From Flavonifractor sp. AGMB03687 (GTDB taxonomy: Bacteria; Bacillota; Clostridia; Oscillospirales; Oscillospiraceae): 24,000 bases of DNA. Shown one piece after another: positions 7,617 to 14,897 of the stretch. Where the stretch lies: positions 319,549-343,548 of the forward strand of contig NZ_JADKZI010000003.1 in the NCBI RefSeq assembly GCF_017811815.1. The letters are read 5' to 3'. The notes below the pieces were generated by a model. The model did no database searches, was not told the origin of the DNA, and saw only the letters and a list, made by a program, of their open reading frames with translations. How positions within the stretch are numbered: position 1 is the first letter of the stretch; each line of letters begins with the position of its first letter. Made by a program: the position numbers and the translations under genes.

Positions 7617-8522
7617 TTATACCCCGTCCCGGTAGAAGTAGAGCAACTCCTCCACCAGCATGGACGCCGCCGGGGACAGGGGGCTGGACCGGCGGTAGAG
7701 CAGGTAGAACTGCCGCTCCAGCTGGGGACTTTCCGGGGCAAACACCAGGATTTTCCCCTCCTCTGCCGCCTCCCGGGCGGCACAGCCTGACAGGATGGAG
7801 ATGCCCAGACCGTTCTTCACCCCCCGGAGGATGCTCTCGGTGCTCTCCAACTGGGCCGCCAGGGTCAGGCTCTTGGGCTCCACCCCTATGCCCTTCAGGT
7901 ACTGCTCGGACTGCTTGCGGGTACCGGAGCCCGGCTCCCGCACCAGAAATGGGGAACGCTTCAGCACGTCGGGGGTCATCTGACCCCGCAGGGCCTGGTA
8001 CTCCGGGGTGTTGGGAGTGGCGATGATCAGCCGCTCGGTGAAGAAGGGTACGCACAAAAGCCCCACCCGCTGAACCGGGGCGCCCACCAGTCCCAGCTCC
8101 GCCCCGTTCTCCGCCATCCACTGGGTGACCTGTCCGCTGTCCCCCTGGCGGATCTGGAAAAACACCTCGGGATACCGCTGCCGCAGCAGGGGAAGTACCT
8201 GGGGCAGCAGGTACTGGGAGGGCACGGTGGAGGCGGCGATGGACAGGGTGCCCGAGATGGAGGAGGCAGCGGTGCGCACATCCTGGGCCGCCCGCTGGCA
8301 CAGTCCCAGGATCTCAGCGGCGTACCGGCTCAGCACCCGCCCGGCGACGGTGAGCCGCAGTTCCTTGGTGGAGCGCACCACCAGCTGGGTGCCCAGTTCG
8401 TCCTCCAGGGCCGCCACATGGGCACTGACGGTAGGCTGGGTGAGATAGAGGGCTTCGGCCGCCTTGGAAAAGCTGCGCTGGCGGGCCACTTGTACAAAGA
8501 CTTCCAGTTGTTTCAGCTGCAT
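7617..8522 (-). CDS. LysR family transcriptional regulator, likely the selenium-metabolism-associated subtype
   Basis: N-terminal wHTH MQLKQLEVFVQVARQRSFSKAAEALYLTQPTVSAHVAALEDELG plus a LysR substrate-binding domain. It is transcribed divergently from selD across a 72-nt gap. The subtype is inferred from context. Confidence 0.9.
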   Translation of the reverse strand: MQLKQLEVFVQVARQRSFSKAAEALYLTQPTVSAHVAALEDELGTQLVVRSTKELRLTVAGRVLSRYAAEILGLCQRAAQDVRTAASSISGTLSIAASTVPSQYLLPQVLPLLRQRYPEVFFQIRQGDSGQVTQWMAENGAELGLVGAPVQRVGLLCVPFFTERLIIATPNTPEYQALRGQMTPDVLKRSPFLVREPGSGTRKQSEQYLKGIGVEPKSLTLAAQLESTESILRGVKNGLGISILSGCAAREAAEEGKILVFAPESPQLERQFYLLYRRSSPLSPAASMLVEELLYFYRDGV

Positions 8523-8535
8523 GATAAGCCTCCGA

Positions 8536-8583
8536 TTGCTTTTTCTCCCGGAATGGGTTACACTGTTGGTACCAAATCAACAG
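8536..8583 (+). promoter_or_regulatory. Candidate selD promoter plus inverted repeat (possible LysR T-N11-A site)
   Basis: TTGCTT (8536-8541), a 17-nt spacer, then TACACT (8559-8564). CTGTTG-N9-CAACAG lies at 8563-8583 and contains TG-N9-CA, which has the T-N11-A form. Confidence 0.35.
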
Positions 8584-8594
8584 GGGGTGATGAG

Positions 8595-9638
8595 ATGCCG
8601 TATGAGAAGCTGCGCCTGACCGCCATGACCACGGCCGGTGGGTGAGGGGCCAAAATAGGGCCGGGTGTCCTAAGGAATGTATTGTCGGGCCTGCCCAAAG
8701 CGGCGGACCCCAACCTGCTGGTGGGTTATGACTCCAGCGACGACGCCGCCGTCTACAAGGTCAGTGACGACGTAGCCATGATCCAGACGGTGGACTTCTT
8801 CCCCCCGGTGGTGGACGACCCCTATACCTTTGGTCAGATCGCCGCCACCAATGCTCTCTCCGACGTATACGCCATGGGCGGCACGCCCACCCTGGCCATG
8901 AATCTGCTGGCCTTCCCCTCCTGCCTTCCGGTGGAGGCGGTGGGCGATATTCTGGCCGGCGGCGCCTCCAAGGTGCTGGAGGCCGGTGCGGTTATCGCCG
9001 GCGGCCACAGCATTGAGGACCAGGAGCCCAAGTACGGCTTGTGCGTCACCGGACTGGTCCACCCCAGCCGCATCCTCACCAACAGCGGCGCCAAAGAGGG
9101 GGACATTCTGGTGCTCACCAAGGCGCTGGGCACCGGCATCCTCTCCACCGCCGCCAAGGCGGAGCTGCTGGAGGAGACCGACTACAAGCACATGGTGGAA
9201 CTGATGACTACCCTGAACAAGTACGCCGCCCAGGCGGTGGGCCCGGTTGCCCTCAATGCCTGCACCGACGTCACCGGCTTCGGCCTGGTGGGCCACGTGA
9301 AGGAGATGGCCGAGGGCTGCGGAAACACCATCGAGCTGTGGGCGGGTAAGGTACCCATCGTGCCCAAGGCCCTGGAGCTGGCCCGGGACGGCATCATCCC
9401 CGCCGGGGCCTACCGCAACATGGACTTCACCGCCGACGACACCCTGGAGGACTCCACCGTCCCCCGAGAGGTACTGGACTGTCTCTATGACCCCCAGACC
9501 GCCGGCGGCCTGCTGCTTAGCGTGCCGGAGTCCCTGCTGTCCGACCTGCTGGCCCGGATGGCGGACGCCGGGGTACCCGCCGCCGCCATCGGTGCGGTGG
9601 TACCCAGAGGGGAAAAACTGGTCCACATCAAACCATAA
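8595..9638 (+). CDS. selD: Selenide, water dikinase (selenophosphate synthetase), selenocysteine-containing; TGA at 8643-8645 read as Sec
   Basis: ATG 8595 follows AGGGGGTGA. Translation gives [56 protein letters not shown], in frame with the 8682..9638 ORF (8595, 8643 and 8682 share a frame). The TGA aligns with Cys17 of E. coli SelD (GAGCGCK). The rest is typical SelD (FGQIAATNALSDVYAMGG). Confidence 0.9.
8646..8700 (+). promoter_or_regulatory. Expected position of the bacterial SECIS element for selD
   Basis: The region directly 3' of the UGA can pair AGGGCCGG (about 8657-8664) with UCGGGCCU (about 8685-8692), with one mismatch. An internal UCC-UAA-GGA mini-hairpin is also possible. Folded by eye only. 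Confidence 0.35.
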
Positions 9639-9648
9639 TCCATCCCAA

Positions 9649-9684
9649 AGCAGGCGTGCCGCCCTGGCGGCGCGCCTGCTTTTT
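9649..9684 (+). terminator. Rho-independent terminator after selD
   Basis: 15-bp stem AGCAGGCGTGCCGCC / GGCGGCGCGCCTGCT (one G-U pair), followed by TTTT. Confidence 0.8.
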
Positions 9685-9698
9685 GTTCTGCCCTACAG

Positions 9699-9823
9699 TA
9701 TAGCTCTCTTTATAGATTTTTTCTATATCTTTCATTTGATTTATGGAAAATTCGTATTTCAAATTTTCGGCTGCGGGGACTATAATCACCTCAGAGAAAG
9801 AAATTTTAGCTTTCCTGAAAATT
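9699..9823 (+). promoter_or_regulatory. AT-rich yedE control region: candidate promoter plus repeated motifs
   Basis: TTCAAA (9758-9763), a 17-nt spacer, then TATAAT (9781-9786). Palindrome TATAG-N7-CTATA at 9711-9727, with an extra TATAG at 9699. GAAAATT-N9-AATTTTC at 9746-9768 overlaps the -35. Further GAAATTTT (9800) and GAAAATTTT (9817) copies lie in the leader. Confidence 0.4.
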
Positions 9824-9839
9824 TTGTGAGGTGTTGTGT

Positions 9840-10913
9840 GTGACAAAGCTCAAAGAGCACCTGCCGGTCATTCTGGCCGGTCTGGTGGTAGGCATCGCCT
9901 CGGTGGTGCTGGTTGCCCTGGGCAACCCGGTGAACATGGGCTTCTGTATCGCCTGCTTCCTGCGTGATATCGCCGGCGGCGTGGGGATGCACCGGGCCCC
10001 CATTGTTCAGTACATCCGCCCCGAGATCATCGGTCTGGTGCTGGGCGCCATGATCATGGCCCTGGCGGGCAAGGAGTTCAAGGTGCGGGGCGGCTCCTCC
10101 CCCATGACCCGGTTCGTGCTGGGCTTCTGCGTGATGGTGGGCGCCCTCATGTTCCTGGGCTGCCCCCTGCGGATGGTCATCCGCCTGGGCGGCGGCGACG
10201 GAAACGCCATCCTGGGCCTCATCGGCTTCATCATCGGCATTTTCGTGGGCACTCTGTTCCTGAAGAAGGGCTTCTCCCTCAAGAAGTCCCAGCCCCAGCC
10301 CAAAATTGAGGGCGTGCTCATGCCCGCCGTCAATGTGGGCCTGCTCATCCTGGTGATCGCTGCTCCCGCTTTCATCTTCTTCTCCACTGAGGGCCCCGGC
10401 TCCATGCGGGCCCCCATCGCCGCCGCTCTCATCGCCGGTCTGGTGGTGGGCGCCATCGCCCAGCGCAGCCGTCTGTGCATGGCCGGCGGCATCCGGGACG
10501 CCATGATGCTGAAGGACTTCCACCTGCTCATGGGCTTTGTGGCCATTTTCGTGGCCGTGCTGGTGGGCAACCTAATCGTGGGCGCCGCCGGTCTCCGCGG
10601 CGGCTTCAACCCCGGCTTTGCCGGTCAGGCCGTGGCCCACACCGACGGTCTGTGGAACCTGCTTGGCATGGTTCTGGTGGGTCTGGGCTCCGTGCTGCTG
10701 GGCGGCTGCCCCCTGCGTCAGCTCATCCTCTCCGGCAGCGGCAACAGCGACTCCTCCGTGGCCGTGCTGGGCATGGTGGTAGGCGCCGCCTTCTGCCACA
10801 ACTTCGGCCTGGCCTCCTCCACCGACGGCCCCACTTTTGCCGGTAAGGTAGCTGTCATCATCGGTCTGGTCCTGGTCTGCGCCATCGGCGCGGGCAACAC
10901 CAAGAAAGCGTGA
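9840..10913 (+). CDS. yedE: YedE family putative selenium-metabolism membrane protein
   Basis: Multi-TM protein with the YedE-type N-terminus GNPVNMGFCIACFLRDIAGGVGMH and a repeated GGCPLR motif (FLGCPLRMV and LGGCPLRQL). The start is ambiguous among GTG 9831, TTG 9834 and GTG 9840. GAGGTG at 9828-9833 favours 9840. Confidence 0.88.
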   Translation: MTKLKEHLPVILAGLVVGIASVVLVALGNPVNMGFCIACFLRDIAGGVGMHRAPIVQYIRPEIIGLVLGAMIMALAGKEFKVRGGSSPMTRFVLGFCVMVGALMFLGCPLRMVIRLGGGDGNAILGLIGFIIGIFVGTLFLKKGFSLKKSQPQPKIEGVLMPAVNVGLLILVIAAPAFIFFSTEGPGSMRAPIAAALIAGLVVGAIAQRSRLCMAGGIRDAMMLKDFHLLMGFVAIFVAVLVGNLIVGAAGLRGGFNPGFAGQAVAHTDGLWNLLGMVLVGLGSVLLGGCPLRQLILSGSGNSDSSVAVLGMVVGAAFCHNFGLASSTDGPTFAGKVAVIIGLVLVCAIGAGNTKKA

Positions 10914-10923
10914 GGTGAACGGT

Positions 10924-11127
10924 ATGAATCAAGTGGACGCCAGAGGCTATTCCTGTCCTGAGCCGGTGCTCATGACCAAGAACGCCCTGAAAAACGGCAC
11001 CCCCCTGGTGGTGCTGGTGGACAACGAAACTCCCCTCCAGAATGTGCGCCGGTTTGCCACCAACAACGGCTACCAGGTGACCTGGAAAGAGGTTGGCGAG
11101 GATTATGAGCTCACCATCACCAAGTAA
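10924..11127 (+). CDS. yedF: YedF/TusA-like sulfur/selenium carrier protein
   Basis: 68 aa with the TusA/SirA CPxP motif (DARGYSCPEPVLMTKNAL). ATG 10924 follows GAGGTGA and lies 10 nt after the yedE stop. Confidence 0.85.
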   Translation: MNQVDARGYSCPEPVLMTKNALKNGTPLVVLVDNETPLQNVRRFATNNGYQVTWKEVGEDYELTITK

Positions 11128-11365
11128 GGAGCACATCGCCACCTTCCACACCCACTTCGGGGCCCTCTCCTTCCATAAGAAGCTGAAGAGCCTGGGAGAC
11201 GGGGCGGTGATGATGCCGGTGCCCCGCAAGCTGTCCGCCTCCTGCGGCACCTGCGTGAAATTTTCTCTCCCCTTCGACCCGGCCTGGGCCGACGAGGATC
11301 TGGACGCGGTCTACCTCCACGAGGCGGGGGACTACCGGCTGCTCTTTCAAAATGAAGAGGAATAG
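11105..11365 (+). CDS. DUF3343 domain protein (putative Se/S carrier-like)
   Basis: IATFHTHFGALSFHKKLKSLG....MPVPRKLSASCGTCVKF matches the DUF3343 pattern (..F.s...al..e..l...gi....iPvPr.is.sCG.a..f). ATG 11105 overlaps the yedF 3' end by 23 nt. Confidence 0.8.
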   Translation: MSSPSPSKEHIATFHTHFGALSFHKKLKSLGDGAVMMPVPRKLSASCGTCVKFSLPFDPAWADEDLDAVYLHEAGDYRLLFQNEEE

Positions 11366-11366
11366 C

Positions 11367-11402
11367 AAACTGCCCGGATGGCCTGTACCATCCGGGCAGT
11401 TT
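11367..11402 (+). terminator. Perfect 15-bp hairpin after the DUF3343 gene (terminator-like, no T-run)
   Basis: AAACTGCCCGGATGG (11367-11381), a 6-nt loop, CCATCCGGGCAGTTT (11388-11402). It is followed by the extended -10 TGgTATACT (11404-11412) rather than a U-tract. Confidence 0.4.
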
Positions 11403-11438
11403 GTGGTATACTGAAAAAAAAACGGGGGAGCGGACGAA

Positions 11439-12056
11439 ATGGACACCATGATCATCGGCATCGCCGGAGGTACCGGCTCGGGCAAGACCACCCTGACCCT
11501 GGGTCTGAAGGAGCGCTTTGGGGACTCGGTCTCCATCCTGTACCACGACAACTACTACAAGCAGCACGACGACATGCCCTACGAGGAGCGGTGCAAGCTG
11601 AACTACGACCACCCGGACGCCTTTGACACCCAGCGTCTGGTGGACGATCTGGACGCCCTGCGCCGGGGGGAGACGGTTTACAGCCCCACCTACGACTACA
11701 CCATGCACAACCGGGCCGCCGAGACCGTGGAGGTCCGCCCCGCCAAGGTCATTCTGGTGGAGGGCATCCTCATCTTTGTGGAGCCCGCCCTGCGGGAGCG
11801 GATGGACATCAAGCTCTTCGTGGACACCGACGCCGACGTGCGCATCCTGCGCCGCATCATGCGGGATGTGAAGCAGCGTGGCCGCTCCCTGGATTCGGTG
11901 GTGCAGCAGTACCTCACCACCGTCAAGCCCATGCACGAGCAATTTGTGGAGCCCTCCAAGCGGTACGCCGACCTCATCGTGCCCGAGGGCGGCCGCAACC
12001 AGGTGGCCATGGACATGATTATCGGGCGCATTCGCAGCCACATTGCCACGGAGTAA
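11439..12056 (+). CDS. udk: Uridine kinase
   Basis: IIGIAGGTGSGKTT P-loop, YHDNYYK, NYDHPDAFD, ILVEGIL, VDTDADVRILRRIMRDVKQRGRS, VKPMHEQFVEPSKRYADLIVPEGG. This is full-length Udk-type architecture. Confidence 0.93.
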   Translation: MDTMIIGIAGGTGSGKTTLTLGLKERFGDSVSILYHDNYYKQHDDMPYEERCKLNYDHPDAFDTQRLVDDLDALRRGETVYSPTYDYTMHNRAAETVEVRPAKVILVEGILIFVEPALRERMDIKLFVDTDADVRILRRIMRDVKQRGRSLDSVVQQYLTTVKPMHEQFVEPSKRYADLIVPEGGRNQVAMDMIIGRIRSHIATE

Positions 12057-12069
12057 ATCAGTTTATAAC

Positions 12070-12104
12070 AAAAGGGGACCTGCCAGCCGGCAGGTCCCCT
12101 TTTT
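12070..12104. terminator. Bidirectional terminator (udk on +, blaR1-like operon on -)
   Basis: AAAAGGGGACCTGCC agcc GGCAGGTCCCCTTTT. The A-run/T-run flanks give a U-tract on both strands. Confidence 0.8.
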
Positions 12105-12105
12105 G

Positions 12106-12267
12106 TTATTGAAAGCGATATCCCTTTTGCTGCAAGTCTTGGAGAAACCCCATAAAATGCCCGTGATCCCGGAAGGCCAGCAGCCGCCAGTCCTCCATGG
12201 GGTGGAAGGAGACGATGCGGCCCTCATCGTCCAGCCACAGTTGATGGACCGTTTCTGTTCCTGTCAT
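12106..12267 (-). CDS. Small hypothetical protein (53 aa), translationally coupled to the upstream M56 gene
   Basis: Reverse strand gives ATGACAGGAACA..., translating to MTGTETVHQLWLDDEGRIVSFHPMEDWRLLAFRDHGHFMGFLQDLQQKGYRFQ*. Its ATG overlaps the TGA stop of the 875-aa gene (CTATGACAG). Its TAA stop lies just upstream of the terminator. It falls below the ORF-track length cutoff. Confidence 0.5.
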   Translation of the reverse strand: MTGTETVHQLWLDDEGRIVSFHPMEDWRLLAFRDHGHFMGFLQDLQQKGYRFQ

Positions 12268-14891
12268 AGCTTCCGCAGCGCCTCCTCCAGGGTGCAGACA
12301 TAGGTCAGCGTCCCGTCCTTGTACCGGTATATTCCGTCTTCTCCATCCACATCGGCCTCCACCATGTTGCTATACTCCCGTTGGATATTGCCCATCAGGC
12401 CGGTGTAGTCGGCAAACTCCGCCCCCACTTCCTGGGCAATGTCTATCTTGTGGAGCTCATCCTCGTAATAGTCGTAGATCATCAGCTTTCTTTTTTCGCC
12501 GGTAGGCCAAGCCATCGCCTCATAGATCCCGTCATCGTCCAGATCGTGGAGTTCCACAGTGGGATTCTCCTGTACCGCCATCAGGTAGAGATAGAGCTGA
12601 CCACTCTCCAGATAGAAAGTGGTGGCCTTTCCGTCCACTCCATAGTCCACCCGTACCCGGTTGGTCCCCGAGTCGGTCATGAGCCAGAAGCAGAAGCCCC
12701 AGCCCTGCTCCTGATCTAAAATCACGCTGGCTGTATTGGGTCGGGTAAAGAGGGACTGGGGCCAGTCTTCCTCCTCCATGGTGTACCACTCGGGCGACAC
12801 CACTTCCCAAGTCAGGTCCGTCAGGCCGGACAATACCGAAAGGACCTCCGGATTGACCACCAGGCCTTGTACGCTGCTGCCGGTCCTGTGGATCAGCTCC
12901 ATCTCTCCTTCTGCTGCCAGCTTTAGGTCTTCCTTGGCCTGGGTCACGCTCTCCGGTTCCACCGTTTCCGCCGTCCACGCAACGTCATAGGCACGGAAAC
13001 TCTCCGCCATGAGCTGGAGCACCTGGGGCTCAATGGCGATATAGGGATACTCGTCCGCCTTGCTCACCGGGCAGCAGGTGTCGATCTCCCAGATCTGTCC
13101 GTTTGCCCCATCCACCAGATACCGGTACATGATAATAAAGCCGCTTTCCTGCTTCCACACCCGCTGGGCCTCATCCACAGGTTCATAGCCCGCCTGCCGG
13201 TAGAGAGCCGGGAGTACGTCCATGGTATCGCTGGTAATCCGGTTGACTTTCAGTATGGTGGAAGAGGCGCGGTACTCCGACCGCCACCCCCAGTTGTTCC
13301 CATCGCCTTTGTACTGCTTCCACGCCGTTACTGGGATGTAGAGGTACCAGCCGTCCCCGTCGTAGCGATGGACCGGCAAAGTGCCCTGGTACGTCTCGGG
13401 ATAAGTAATCTGATTGCTCCAGTCCTCCACATAGAGAGGCAGGTCCAGGCCCTGGTCGGTCACATACCAGTCGTAGATGGCCTCCTCATAGCTGTTGTGA
13501 TAGCCATAGAAATCCAGATTGTCGTTGACCGGCTGATCATAGAGAACATTATAGCTGCCGTCGGGGTAGCGCAGGGAGATGATGTTGTGGCCCCCCTGGC
13601 CCTCCAGGTCAAACCAGCCGTCCTCCTCGTACATGCCGCCTACCAGTGCAACCTCTTCGGGGGGAACATCCAACTGCACCAGGTAGTTGAAGGTCCAGGC
13701 CTCCAGGGTACCTTCGGGGGCCAGCCCCTCCAGCTCCCCCTGTTTCTCCAGCCAGGCCACCTTGGTGCCGGTGACCTGAGCAGTGGCCTCCTCATCAGCG
13801 ACCGTCTCATTGGAGAATCTGTGGTAGGTCACCTCTTTGACCTGCTCCATGGTTTTCTGGGCAAAGTCCTCCATGCTCCGATACGGTCCACTGTTGCCGA
13901 TGGGCGTCTCACGGCTCTCCTCAGCGGGGTTGGATGCGCAGGCGGCGATGACCGCCACGCAGGCGATGCAGGCCACGGCGGACAGCCACACCCGGGGCCG
14001 CTTCCACCGCAGCAGGTTGCGGATGCGCCCCTTGGGGTCCCCCTCCCCGAAGGCCAGAGGAGTACCTGCGATGGTGAGCCGCCCGGTGGCCAGGGTGAGC
14101 AGGGAGGCGGAGTAGTCCGCCTTCACGTTCTCTCCCAGTTCTTTCACCACCGCCTCATCGCACCGCATCTCCATGTCCTTGCCCGCCAGCACAAAGGCCG
14201 CCCACACCAGGGGGTTGAACCAGTGGAGACACAGGGCGGCGAAGGCCACCACCTTCACCACATGGTCCAGATGGCGGATGTGGTACTGCTCATGGCGGAT
14301 GATGTAGCCCATCTCCCCCTCGGTCAGGGTGGAGGGCAGATAGATTTTGGGCCGTACCAGCCCCAGCACAAAGGGGGTGGAAATGTGGTCGGCCAGGTAG
14401 ATATTGTCCCTCAAATGCAGACTGCCCACTAGTCTGCGCCGCAAACGGAGCAGGGCAAAGATGCTGTACCCCGCCATACCCGCTGCCCCCGCCAGCCACA
14501 CCCAGGCGGCCACGGCGGACCAGTCCATCGACGCTTCCGGCGTCACCGGTGTCACCGGATCAGGCTCAGAGGTGTCAGGCTCTGACGGCAGGGGCTCCGA
14601 CTGGGGCACCTCTTCCACCGGTCGGGGAGGCTGGACATAGGTGACAGTGCTCACCACCGGACTGGCCTGCTTGGCGGGGGCGTCCAGGGCCCCCAACAGG
14701 GAGAAGCCGGAGGGCAGGGACACCGGGCACAACAGCCGGAAGAGTACCACCGCCCACAGGGCGTAGGAAAAGATTTTCGGGGCCCGCTTCAGAAACAAAC
14801 GCGCCACGATCACGCACAGGATCACAATGCCCGCGGTGAGACTCATGTTGAACAGGGCGGGCAGGAACGTTTGGGACAAAAAGGCCGTCAT
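12264..14891 (-). CDS. BlaR1/MecR1-like M56 family membrane metallopeptidase with a large uncharacterised C-terminal ectodomain (875 aa)
   Basis: N-terminal TM helices, an intact zinc motif (IIRHEQYHIRHLDH = HEXXH), LHWFNPLVW, CDEAVV, then a further TM segment (VWLSAVACIACVAVIAACAS) and about 560 aa with no motif I recognise. GGGGGTGAG SD. The start lies 6 nt after the blaI-like stop. Confidence 0.85.
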   Translation of the reverse strand: MTAFLSQTFLPALFNMSLTAGIVILCVIVARLFLKRAPKIFSYALWAVVLFRLLCPVSLPSGFSLLGALDAPAKQASPVVSTVTYVQPPRPVEEVPQSEPLPSEPDTSEPDPVTPVTPEASMDWSAVAAWVWLAGAAGMAGYSIFALLRLRRRLVGSLHLRDNIYLADHISTPFVLGLVRPKIYLPSTLTEGEMGYIIRHEQYHIRHLDHVVKVVAFAALCLHWFNPLVWAAFVLAGKDMEMRCDEAVVKELGENVKADYSASLLTLATGRLTIAGTPLAFGEGDPKGRIRNLLRWKRPRVWLSAVACIACVAVIAACASNPAEESRETPIGNSGPYRSMEDFAQKTMEQVKEVTYHRFSNETVADEEATAQVTGTKVAWLEKQGELEGLAPEGTLEAWTFNYLVQLDVPPEEVALVGGMYEEDGWFDLEGQGGHNIISLRYPDGSYNVLYDQPVNDNLDFYGYHNSYEEAIYDWYVTDQGLDLPLYVEDWSNQITYPETYQGTLPVHRYDGDGWYLYIPVTAWKQYKGDGNNWGWRSEYRASSTILKVNRITSDTMDVLPALYRQAGYEPVDEAQRVWKQESGFIIMYRYLVDGANGQIWEIDTCCPVSKADEYPYIAIEPQVLQLMAESFRAYDVAWTAETVEPESVTQAKEDLKLAAEGEMELIHRTGSSVQGLVVNPEVLSVLSGLTDLTWEVVSPEWYTMEEEDWPQSLFTRPNTASVILDQEQGWGFCFWLMTDSGTNRVRVDYGVDGKATTFYLESGQLYLYLMAVQENPTVELHDLDDDGIYEAMAWPTGEKRKLMIYDYYEDELHKIDIAQEVGAEFADYTGLMGNIQREYSNMVEADVDGEDGIYRYKDGTLTYVCTLEEALRKL

Positions 14892-14897
14892 GTCAGC

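Noticed and set aside
12043-12303. 86-aa + strand ORF between udk and the M56 gene
   Set aside because: It starts inside the udk 3' end, reads through a bidirectional terminator, and has no SD. The minus-strand 53-codon ORF, with its ATGA coupling and terminator placement, explains this DNA better.
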